Positions 9,069 through 16,914 of a stretch of 43,265 bases of DNA are shown here, piece after piece. Numbering within the stretch: the stretch's first letter is position 1; each line of letters opens with the position of its first letter. Below the pieces are notes generated by a model. It was not told the origin of the DNA and searched no databases. It was given only the letters and a program-made list of their open reading frames with translations. The stretch is from Ignavibacteria bacterium (GTDB taxonomy: Bacteria > Bacteroidota > Ignavibacteria > Kapaibacteriales > UBA2268). The stretch is from assembly GCA_012522895.1 (NCBI GenBank), contig JAAYJM010000203.1, forward strand, positions 1 to 43,265, written 5' to 3'. Both the position numbers and the translations under genes were made by a program.

Positions 9069-9968
9069 CTACACGCTATATCCATAAGATTTAAGTAAAT
9101 TGGGGTTGTTACGCCATTTTTCCCTTACTTTAACAAATAAATCTAAATAAACTTCCGTTTGTAAATGCTCTTCAATTTTTGCTCTTGATTTCTCGCCAAT
9201 TTTTTTAACCATTTGACCATTTTTGCCAACTAAAATTTGCTTTTGGGAATTTCTTTCTACAATAATATCAGCGGAAATGAACCATTTCTCATTTTTACGC
9301 TCTTTAAACTGGGTGATTACAACCTCAGTAGAATAAGGAACCTCCATCTTAAATTCCTTGAAAATATTCTCGCGAATTAACTCTGCAACAAAAAATCTTT
9401 CAGGCTGAATGCTCAAAAAATCTGGATCATAATAAAATTCAGATTCAGGTAAATATTTTTTTATAATCTCTAATAACTCTTTAATGGAAACCTTTTTTCT
9501 GGCAGAAATTGGAATAATCTCATTAAAAATATTCTGCTTAATAGCGCTTTCCATTAAAGGCAGCATTTTCTTTCTATCGTCAAGCAAATCAAGTTTGTTT
9601 AATGCTAAAATTTTTGCTTTGCTTATGCTTTTTAAATACTGATAAAAACCATCTTCAAAGTCATCAATTTCAGCTAATAGCTTGCTTGCATCGGCGATTA
9701 TTAAAACTATATCCGCCTCGCCGACAGCTTTTTCCACATAATTAAGCATAGCTTGATGTAGCTTATATTTTGGCTTTAAAAAGCCAGGAGTGTCTAAAAA
9801 AATTGCTTGGCTGTTCTCGCTGGTATAAATGCCTAAAACTGTCCGGCGCGTAGTTTGCGCCTTCCGAGTAACAATAGAAATGTTTTCTCCTAAAATAGCA
9901 TTAAGCAAAGTGGATTTGCCTGCATTCGGTTTTCCGATTACAGCAACGGTGCCTGCGTAAGTTTGCAT
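9069..9968 (-). CDS. era: GTPase Era
   Basis: 299 aa. G1 GKPNAGKSTLLN, G3 DTPG, G4 NKLD, and a C-terminal KH domain (..VERNSQKQILVGKNGQMVKKIG..). Confidence 0.9.
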   Translation of the reverse strand: MQTYAGTVAVIGKPNAGKSTLLNAILGENISIVTRKAQTTRRTVLGIYTSENSQAIFLDTPGFLKPKYKLHQAMLNYVEKAVGEADIVLIIADASKLLAEIDDFEDGFYQYLKSISKAKILALNKLDLLDDRKKMLPLMESAIKQNIFNEIIPISARKKVSIKELLEIIKKYLPESEFYYDPDFLSIQPERFFVAELIRENIFKEFKMEVPYSTEVVITQFKERKNEKWFISADIIVERNSQKQILVGKNGQMVKKIGEKSRAKIEEHLQTEVYLDLFVKVREKWRNNPNLLKSYGYSV

Positions 9969-9971
9969 AAG

Positions 9972-10301
9972 CTATTCTTTTCCTACTTCCTTCTTAAAAA
10001 CTTTCATTATTCCAAGCGGAATTAGAACGCAATAGCCAATAACAAGGACGATTGGCGCAAGAGTAACAGCAAAAAAGTTATTCCACTTTCCGTCAAGCAC
10101 TGCTGGTTCCTCTGTTATTCCGGAAGCTAAAAGCAAATAGCCAACTACTATGACAAGCAGTCCAGCGGCTAACAATATGAAATTGCTTTTAGTTAAAGGA
10201 AATTTGAATATATCGCTAGCTCGGGTTTTGCGAACTCTACTTGGGCTTTTACTTTTTTGCTTTGGGCTTTCTTGAGCTGTGATTCTTGATTTTGCTGCCA
10301 T
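9972..10301 (-). CDS. Small membrane protein (two predicted TM helices; DUF3098-like)
   Basis: 109-aa ORF ending 3 nt upstream of era. Basic N-terminus followed by two hydrophobic helices (FILLAAGLLVIVVGYLLLA, FFAVTLAPIVLVIGYCVLIPL). Confidence 0.5.
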   Translation of the reverse strand: MAAKSRITAQESPKQKSKSPSRVRKTRASDIFKFPLTKSNFILLAAGLLVIVVGYLLLASGITEEPAVLDGKWNNFFAVTLAPIVLVIGYCVLIPLGIMKVFKKEVGKE

Positions 10302-10449
10302 TTTTAATCATTATATTAATATAAAACAAAACTTACAATATACAAATTTAAACAAAAAAAAGCTAATTAATTTCACATTTTCTTTGTTTGCAGTAAATTC
10401 AATTTTGTTTGTTAACTTTGTATGTTTTTATTTTGCAAATTGTTAAATA

Positions 10450-11169
10450 ATGAAACAAAGTAAATTATACGTATTCTCTGATTTTGACGGCACGATAACA
10501 AAGAAAGACATAGGCGACGACATTTTTGTTCAATTTGGAAAATTTGAGCCTTTGCATAGCCAGCTTTTAAATGAAGAAATAGATATTTTTACATATTGGA
10601 AAAGCATTTTTAAAACACTTGATGTTTCCTTTACAAAAGAAAAATTTGGAGAGTATTTAAAAAAAGCAGAAGTAGACGACTTTTTCTTTGATTTTGCAAA
10701 TTTTTGCAAAGCGTCTAATATTTAACTTTCAGTGGTAAGTGATGGCTTTGATGCTTATATTCAGCCAATTTTAAAAAAAGAAAATCTTGATTGGATAAAA
10801 GTATACTCAAATAAAATGCACGTTGATGAGAATAATAATTATTTCCCTGAGTTTTACGGAGTAAACGAGAGTTGCGTTTGCAAAAGTGCTTCTTGCAAAA
10901 GGAATACAATACTTTCACAAACTTCTGAGAATGCTTTGCTAATCTACATCGGCGATGGATATAGCGATTACTGCGCTGCCGCTCATTGTGATATTATTTT
11001 TGCAAAAAACAATTTAGCAACTTTTTGCAATGAAAATAAAATTCCGCATTATAATTTCAAGAATTTTTCCGATATTATGTTTATATTAAAAAATAGAATT
11101 TTGTCAAAAAAAATAAAAATTCGGAATCAAGCATTTTTGTTAAGAAAAAGAGCATTTGAAACTGAGTAG
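10450..11169 (+). pseudogene. HAD-IB family phosphatase (MtnX-like) interrupted by an in-frame TAA
   Basis: ORFs 10450-10725 and 10732-11169 are in the same frame, separated only by TAA at 10723-10725 (..CKASNI*LSVVSDGFD..). HAD motif I (VFSDFDGTIT) is in the first part. Motif II (VVSDG) and motif III/IV (IGDGYSDYCAA) are in the second. Confidence 0.7.
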
Positions 11170-11178
11170 AGGTAAGCT

Positions 11179-12690
11179 ATGAAAACTACAATTAACCATT
11201 ATATTTTATTTTTAACAGCATTGTTTTTGCTTTTTCCTTTTAACTCGCTCAACGCAAGCGAGGGAAGAAGGGTGCTAATATCAAAGGTTTTTGTTAATAA
11301 GGATTCTATTCCGCTTGAAGAAACCAAAAATCTTGTTTTATCGAGTGAAGATGTTTTAAGGGTTAATTACTATTTAGAATCTGGCAACGCCGACAGGACT
11401 GCTTTTCTTTTTAGAGTTTTTATTAAGCAGGACACAATGGAAAGCTCTACCACTACGAGCGTGAATTCTTTTACTTATAATTCTTTGCCAGAGGGGAAAT
11501 ATAGAATTAGAATCACTGCTTTCAACCCGCGTGATAGTTGGATTGCCGAGCAGGCTGAGTTAAGTTTTATGGTTGATGACTACACTGCTTCGCTATTGAA
11601 AGAGATTGAAACAAGGGAAAAAGAAGCTTCTCTTTCCAAAGAAGACAGAGGCGGCTTGCATAAACTACTCGCTAATTCTATTTACGGTGTTAACATATTT
11701 TCTATTGTAACTGGATTTATACTTAGCTCATTAATATTTGGCACAGTATTTGCAACAAAGAACAAGAAAAGTAAAAAAAACAAAGAGCAAGTTATGAGCA
11801 ACGAAGATACTTTAAAAAATGAAAAGATGCAGCATAATAAGCTTGCTGCAGAAAATAGTAATTTAAGAGCAGAAATATCTGCACTTCGTGGTCAAATAGA
11901 TGCTATGCAAAGCCGTGGAGAAGAGCTAAACAATCAAAATGTTGAGCTGAAAGAAACTATTGACAGGCTTAAAAAGAGCCAAAATGAATTTGAGGAACTT
12001 CAAACTCAGAAAGACGACCTTTTTGCTGTTATTATTCATGATATAAAAAATCCAGCGGCGCTGATTAAAAGTTTAGTTGAACTGCTTCGCTCCTACGATC
12101 TCACTGCTACCGAGCAGCAAGAAATTATTGATGATATATTTGAAACTACTTCAAAAATCGTTAATCTTTCACAAGAAGTAACGCGAATCCTTGCCCTTGA
12201 GTGCAGTAGTATTCACTTGAAAAAAGAAAAATGCCAAATTAACGACATAATTAATGATGTCCAAAGGCGTAACACCATCGCCTCTTCTAATAAGCAAATT
12301 GAAGTGCTTTTAGATTTGCAAGATGACTTGCCAGAAATAATGCTCGACCCAAATAAAGTTGACGAGGTTGTCGATAATCTAATATCAAATGCAATTAAAT
12401 TTTCTCACAAAGGAAGTCAAATTCGCATCAAGTCCTATAAAGATGCTAACTCAGTCTCAGTTGAGGTCAGTGATAATGGGCTTGGGATGTCGGAAGATGA
12501 TATTCGTCAGGCATTTCAAAAGGGTATGCGATTAAGCGCAGCTCCAACTGCAGGAGAATCTACTTCGGGGTTTGGTCTTTGGGTGGTGAAAAAGCTTATT
12601 GAAGCTCACGATGGAAAAGTTTGGGTGAAAAGTGTGATTGGAAAAGGTTCCACTTTCTTTTTTAGCTTGCCAATTGAAAGTCTAAGTTAA
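11179..12690 (+). CDS. Sensor histidine kinase (extracytoplasmic Ig-like/Y_Y_Y-type domain, one TM, coiled coil, HisKA + HATPase_c)
   Basis: 503 aa with a signal/anchor sequence and a periplasmic ~130 aa domain (..YNSLPEGKYRIRITAFN..). TM helix IFSIVTGFILSSLIFGTVFA and a coiled coil follow. H-box AVIIHDIKNPAA, N-box DNLISNAIKFS, G1 DNGLGM, G2 GFGLWVVKKL. No response regulator is adjacent. Confidence 0.85.
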   Translation: MKTTINHYILFLTALFLLFPFNSLNASEGRRVLISKVFVNKDSIPLEETKNLVLSSEDVLRVNYYLESGNADRTAFLFRVFIKQDTMESSTTTSVNSFTYNSLPEGKYRIRITAFNPRDSWIAEQAELSFMVDDYTASLLKEIETREKEASLSKEDRGGLHKLLANSIYGVNIFSIVTGFILSSLIFGTVFATKNKKSKKNKEQVMSNEDTLKNEKMQHNKLAAENSNLRAEISALRGQIDAMQSRGEELNNQNVELKETIDRLKKSQNEFEELQTQKDDLFAVIIHDIKNPAALIKSLVELLRSYDLTATEQQEIIDDIFETTSKIVNLSQEVTRILALECSSIHLKKEKCQINDIINDVQRRNTIASSNKQIEVLLDLQDDLPEIMLDPNKVDEVVDNLISNAIKFSHKGSQIRIKSYKDANSVSVEVSDNGLGMSEDDIRQAFQKGMRLSAAPTAGESTSGFGLWVVKKLIEAHDGKVWVKSVIGKGSTFFFSLPIESLS

Positions 12691-12791
12691 GCAGCGAGGA
12701 GGCATTGGATTTGAATTAATTATTTTTTAGTTTATTTAAGTTTGCAGAAATATCGCTATTAAAGAAGTATCAATCTTTACATAGCTTTTAT

Positions 12792-13727
12792 TTATAAATT
12801 CTCAATTTCCTCTTTGTCCAAGCCAGTTAAAGCAATTATTGTTTCAATCGGTAAATTGCTTTGTTTTGCTTTTAAAGCTATTTCTACCGCTTTTTTCTTC
12901 TCGCCTATTTCAATTCCTTCCGCCTTGCCCTTAGCAAGTCCTTCCGCACGACCTTCCGCCTTGCCCTCAGCCCGACCTTTTATACTCCCTTCTATATTGC
13001 CGAGTTTATATGTAGATACGAACATACTTGCTTGATAGTGCAGCTCGAATTGATATGCTTCGTAAATATCCAGCTCATCTTTGCTAAGTTTAAGAATATC
13101 AAGTTTCTTTTTTGCTTCCGACAAACCCTTTGCGCTAAAATTTTCTTTTATTTCTTCATTTTTAAGGAAAAAGACCCACTCGTCTAAAGTGTTTTTTGCT
13201 ACATCGTCAAAATTATTTACTTTTATAATATAATATTCTGGAAAAATTGACGAAATTTCTTCTTTTTTAAATAAGATTTTTTGTTTATCGCTAAGTTTAA
13301 GCGAATCATTTTTGTTCAAGCCAATGAACTCCGTTTTACCTTTATAAAGGTAATCATTTCCTTGTCCTAAATCAAAATATACAATATTCACGGAAATGAT
13401 TTTTTTTACTTCCTCGAAAGCATTACCTTCTGCAATATGATCTACAACAAGTTTAGAGCTGCTATAAAGCATTCTTTGCATAAAATCAAGCTGGCGCTGG
13501 TTTTGCACTTCGATTATTATTAGCTCACCTTTTGTATTTTCTACGAGCAAGTCAACGCGATTAAATTTCGCAATAGCTTTATCTTTGTTCGTTTCGCTTT
13601 CTAAAAGCTGCTTGATTTTTACATCTTCTTTCAGCAATTCAGAAAGAAAGCCTTCCAAAATGCCAAAATTAGCTTTACTGCGTAAAATTTTCTTCGCTGC
13701 CCAATCAAAACTTATTAGCTTTCTCAT
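12792..13727 (-). CDS. Rpn-family / PD-(D/E)XK nuclease family putative transposase-like protein
   Basis: 311 aa. The N-terminal core (..FNRVDLLVENTKGELIIIEVQNQRQLDFMQRMLYSSSK..) is typical of the PDDEXK_2/TIGR01784-type family. The C-terminal low-complexity tract is GRAEGKAEGRAEGLAKGKAEG. Confidence 0.7.
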   Translation of the reverse strand: MRKLISFDWAAKKILRSKANFGILEGFLSELLKEDVKIKQLLESETNKDKAIAKFNRVDLLVENTKGELIIIEVQNQRQLDFMQRMLYSSSKLVVDHIAEGNAFEEVKKIISVNIVYFDLGQGNDYLYKGKTEFIGLNKNDSLKLSDKQKILFKKEEISSIFPEYYIIKVNNFDDVAKNTLDEWVFFLKNEEIKENFSAKGLSEAKKKLDILKLSKDELDIYEAYQFELHYQASMFVSTYKLGNIEGSIKGRAEGKAEGRAEGLAKGKAEGIEIGEKKKAVEIALKAKQSNLPIETIIALTGLDKEEIENL

Positions 13728-13809
13728 TTTGTTCCTCTTGCTTTTTTGCTTTCAATATGCAAATATAATGAATTATTGCGACATTTTTTTCAAATTTTAA
13801 GATTGAAAA

Positions 13810-14424
13810 TTAAAAATTTAAGCTTTTTATTAAGCTCAAAACAAATAGAGTTGTTTTTTCTAAACTTTCAAAATCTTTGTCGTTAAGAATGACAAAATCA
13901 GCAAGTTCCCTTTTTTCTCTGCGTGAGATTTGCTCTTTTTCTACTGCCTCAAATCGCTCTCGCGTTATGTTCTTTTGATTTTTCAATCGATTAAATGAAT
14001 TTTCTGGGTCTGAGTGAACGACAATAATAAAATCAAATGCCTCCTCAAGATCAGCCTCGTAAATCAAAGCACTTTCTACAAAGCAAATCTGCGAGCCTTC
14101 CAATTCAAACTCTTCAATTTTTTCCCTCAAATAGTCTAAAACTTCAGGGTGAACGATTTTATTTAATGCTTGTAAATTTTCTTTACACTCTTTTTTTTCT
14201 CCATAAACCTTTTTCGATAAAAACTCGGTATTAATCAAATTGTCTGATAAATAAACATCTTTGCCAAAGTTTTCAATCAATTTCTTTTTTATATTTTCAT
14301 TTTCGTTCATTAATTTTTTTGCAATAGAATCGGAATCGAGAACTTTATAGCCTTGCTCAGCAAGAATCTTTGAAACAGAAGATTTCCCGCTCCCAATGTT
14401 TCCAGTTATCCCAATAGTTTTCAT
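13810..14424 (-). CDS. coaE: Dephospho-CoA kinase
   Basis: 204 aa. P-loop IGITGNIGSGKSSV. Size and layout fit CoaE (..VHPEV.., ..VESALIYE..). Confidence 0.85.
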   Translation of the reverse strand: MKTIGITGNIGSGKSSVSKILAEQGYKVLDSDSIAKKLMNENENIKKKLIENFGKDVYLSDNLINTEFLSKKVYGEKKECKENLQALNKIVHPEVLDYLREKIEEFELEGSQICFVESALIYEADLEEAFDFIIVVHSDPENSFNRLKNQKNITRERFEAVEKEQISRREKRELADFVILNDKDFESLEKTTLFVLSLIKSLNF

Positions 14425-14496
14425 TTTTATTCTTTTATTTATTATAAAAAATATTATATTGCAAATTAGTTTGTTTAATAATAATAATCAAATAAT

Positions 14497-16398
14497 ATGA
14501 AAACAAAGTCTATACTAAAATTGTTTGCTATGGCTGTTTTCTTCTTTACCGGTTTTCAGCTTCACTCTCAGCAAACAGGTGTGTTTAACAAAGCTGTTCC
14601 TTTCAATGGCGAGCAAAGAATACTTGCTTACTATGTGCCAAACGATTATGATGAAACGCAGCAATATAGCCTAATGGTGTGCCTTCACGGAATGGGCGAC
14701 ACCTGCACAAATTATAGAGATGCACTGATTCTTGGCTTGGCATGGCATCAATTCATAACAAATACGATTTTTGTATGCCCCGATGCTGGCTCCGACATAT
14801 ACAAAGATTTCTACCGCCCCGATGGAGATGAAATGATTATAATTGAAGCAATTAACGATGCTAAAATCAATTACAATATTGATGAAAGTAAAATTATTTT
14901 GCAAGGCTTCTCTTTGGGCGGTCGAAGTGCTTTGAAATTTGGGTTGGATAACCCAGAATTGTTTCAAGGACTTTTACTTAACACCCCTGCAATTCAAGGG
15001 CTTGTTGACTTGAACAACGACCCCCTTATGAGCTCTTTATATAAATATGAAAACTCTACAAAAGTTCCCATTTTTATCATTCACGGCACCGAAGATTTTA
15101 CTTATTTGAGCATGGACAGAATGCTTTACGATAAGCTAATTGAGCACAATGGGATTGTAAGATATGCTTTAGTTCAGGGTTTGGCGCACCACATTCCCGC
15201 TCGCAATGTAATCGAAAATGCAGTAAATTTTTTAAAGAATCCTACTCCAAATGAAAATGAAATTGAGTTTTTAGATATAATTGTAAAACCACGTTATTTT
15301 ACTAATGATATTACAGCTTATTGCAGAGTTCGAAATACTGGAAGTGAGATTAGCAGCACTCAGACTGTTGATTTTGAATTAAACGATACAAAACTTAGCG
15401 CCGAAAGTAATAAGGAATTAAAATCCTTTGAGTATAGCGATATTCCGCTTGAGCTTGGCGCTCAAAATTTGGGATTTGGCACACATTTCCTTTCAGTTCT
15501 TTTAGACGGCTACAATAAATACACTAAGAGCTTCGCTATCTTTGAAAAAGGCGCACTATTGCCTCTTTTTGAAGGCTTTGAATCTGGCTCTTTCCCGCCA
15601 CAGAATTGGATTTTAAATGAATCTGGAAATCTTGTTTCTTGGATGCTCGACCCCGAGGTAAAAAAATCTGGCAGCTATTCAATCTTTATGTTTAATTCTT
15701 TGTTTTTACTGAATAATATCGGTTTTAGTGAGGATTTATTAAGTCCAATCTTAGATTTAAGCTCTGTTGAAAAGCCAGTTCTAACTTTTGACCTTGCATA
15801 TAATTATCATCTATACACTCCGCCATATTTTGAGAGCGATTACGCGCTGACTGATACTCTTAAAGTATTTATTTCTGAGGATTGCGGCGAAACTTTTACA
15901 CTTATCTATAAAAAAGGTGGTGCTGAACTTGCTACTGCTGATGAGCCGATTATCAATCCTTTGGATATTGAAGAGTGTTTTTTCGTGCCTAATAGTGATG
16001 GATGGAGGACAGAGCAAATTGATTTAAGCAATTTCAAGCATTTAGACAAGGCTGTTTTCAATTTTAGCTATAAGTCCTCTTTGGGGGGGAGTATAAATAT
16101 CGACAATATTACCTTTAAACATGACGATGGAACAAGCGTTCAAGCTGTAAAAGAAAGCGGGGATTTGCTTCTTTATCCAAACCCGGCCCAAGATTTCTTG
16201 CGTATTAAAAACCCAGAGCCAATTAGCAAAGTAAGGATTTTCAGCTCTAATGGACTGGAAATATATTCAAATGACTTGGGGCTGATTAGCAATGAATTGA
16301 CAGTAAATTTGAGTGAATTCTCTTCTGGCTTTTACATTGTGGAAATTTATTGCGGAAGTTCAGTTTTTAGAGAAAAATTGATTGTTAATAAAAAGTAA
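14497..16398 (+). CDS. Secreted alpha/beta-hydrolase (esterase) with T9SS C-terminal sorting domain
   Basis: 633 aa with a signal peptide. Carboxylesterase/phospholipase-like fold with nucleophile elbow GFSLGG and ..IIHGTEDF.. / ..GLAHH... The central beta-rich region is unassigned. The C-terminal tail (LLLYPNPAQDFLRIKN...GFYIVEIY...) is T9SS-type. Confidence 0.75.
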   Translation: MKTKSILKLFAMAVFFFTGFQLHSQQTGVFNKAVPFNGEQRILAYYVPNDYDETQQYSLMVCLHGMGDTCTNYRDALILGLAWHQFITNTIFVCPDAGSDIYKDFYRPDGDEMIIIEAINDAKINYNIDESKIILQGFSLGGRSALKFGLDNPELFQGLLLNTPAIQGLVDLNNDPLMSSLYKYENSTKVPIFIIHGTEDFTYLSMDRMLYDKLIEHNGIVRYALVQGLAHHIPARNVIENAVNFLKNPTPNENEIEFLDIIVKPRYFTNDITAYCRVRNTGSEISSTQTVDFELNDTKLSAESNKELKSFEYSDIPLELGAQNLGFGTHFLSVLLDGYNKYTKSFAIFEKGALLPLFEGFESGSFPPQNWILNESGNLVSWMLDPEVKKSGSYSIFMFNSLFLLNNIGFSEDLLSPILDLSSVEKPVLTFDLAYNYHLYTPPYFESDYALTDTLKVFISEDCGETFTLIYKKGGAELATADEPIINPLDIEECFFVPNSDGWRTEQIDLSNFKHLDKAVFNFSYKSSLGGSINIDNITFKHDDGTSVQAVKESGDLLLYPNPAQDFLRIKNPEPISKVRIFSSNGLEIYSNDLGLISNELTVNLSEFSSGFYIVEIYCGSSVFREKLIVNKK

Positions 16399-16431
16399 GA
16401 AAAAAGCCACTTAAATAGTGGCTTTCTTTTT
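16399..16431. terminator. Bidirectional rho-independent terminator (esterase gene on + strand, tRNA-Leu on - strand)
   Basis: Perfect 7-bp stem AGCCACT / AGTGGCT (16405-16411 / 16417-16423) with a 5-nt loop. It is flanked by an A-run on the left and TTCTTTTT on the right. Confidence 0.65.
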
Positions 16432-16432
16432 G

Positions 16433-16515
16433 TGCGGAAGGCGGGACTTGAACCCGCACGCCTGCGCGGCACCACCCCCTCAAGATGGCGTGTCTGCCTA
16501 TTTCACCACTTCCGC
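16433..16515 (-). tRNA. tRNA-Leu (anticodon GAG)
   Basis: Reverse complement reads GCGGAAGTGGTGAAATAGGCAGACACGCCATCTTGAGGGGGTGGTGCCGCGCAGGCGTGCGGGTTCAAGTCCCGCCTTCCGCA. Acceptor stem GCGGAAG/CTTCCGC. Anticodon stem CCATC/GGTGG with loop TTGAGGG (GAG, G37). Long variable arm (type II tRNA). T-arm GCGGG-TTCAAGT-CCCGC. No encoded CCA. Confidence 0.85.
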
Positions 16516-16613
16516 AGTTGTGGATTACAAAAATACAAATATTTAATAAAATTACAAAGAAGTTTTTTTATTTTTAAAAATTCACTTCCTTTTAGTAAAA
16601 TAATTTCAGAAAT

Positions 16614-16638
16614 AAAAAAAGTCAGCTAAAACGCTGAC
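16614..16638 (-). terminator. Rho-independent terminator downstream of tRNA-Pro
   Basis: 6-bp stem GTCAGC / GCTGAC (16621-16626 / 16633-16638) with a 6-nt loop. On the minus strand it is followed by 7 T (A-run 16614-16620 on the + strand). Confidence 0.55.
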
Positions 16639-16647
16639 TTTGAATTG

Positions 16648-16723
16648 TCGGGGCGGCAGGATTCGAACCTGCGGCCTCCTGCTCCCAAAACAGGCGCGCT
16701 AAACCGGACTGCGCCACGCCCCG
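16648..16723 (-). tRNA. tRNA-Pro (anticodon TGG)
   Basis: Reverse complement reads CGGGGCGTGGCGCAGTCCGGTTTAGCGCGCCTGTTTTGGGAGCAGGAGGCCGCAGGTTCGAATCCTGCCGCCCCGA (76 nt). C1-G72 acceptor stem is typical of bacterial tRNA-Pro. Anticodon loop TTTGGGA. T-arm GCAGG-TTCGAAT-CCTGC. Confidence 0.9.
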
Positions 16724-16914
16724 CAAAACAGAATACAAAATTAACAAGTTTTCTTTTTATTTCCAAATATTATTTCTCCTGTAAATGATTTTTTATCAAA
16801 TTTTTTATAAAACTTGGAAGAAATGCTTTTTTTATAAGGCATTTTTGCCCTGCTATTCATTTTTTTCTGCTTGTGTCGATAACAGTGTAATAATAGCATA
16901 GCTTTATTAGTTTT

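Noticed and set aside
10723-10725. TAA in the HAD gene as a recoded sense codon or alternative genetic code
   Set aside because: TAA is used as the ordinary stop of many confident genes in this window (e.g. the PLD-SNF2 gene, ftsZ, the esterase), so a code change is not supported.
12814-13035. 73-aa + strand ORF with PSALPLASPSARPSALPSARP repeats
   Set aside because: It is the antisense reading of the (A/R)EGK repeat tract of the Rpn-like gene, so it is not independent.
16432-16629. 65-aa ORF on the + strand
   Set aside because: It is antisense to tRNA-Leu and runs through the inter-tRNA spacer and terminator. The tRNA fold fully explains the sequence.
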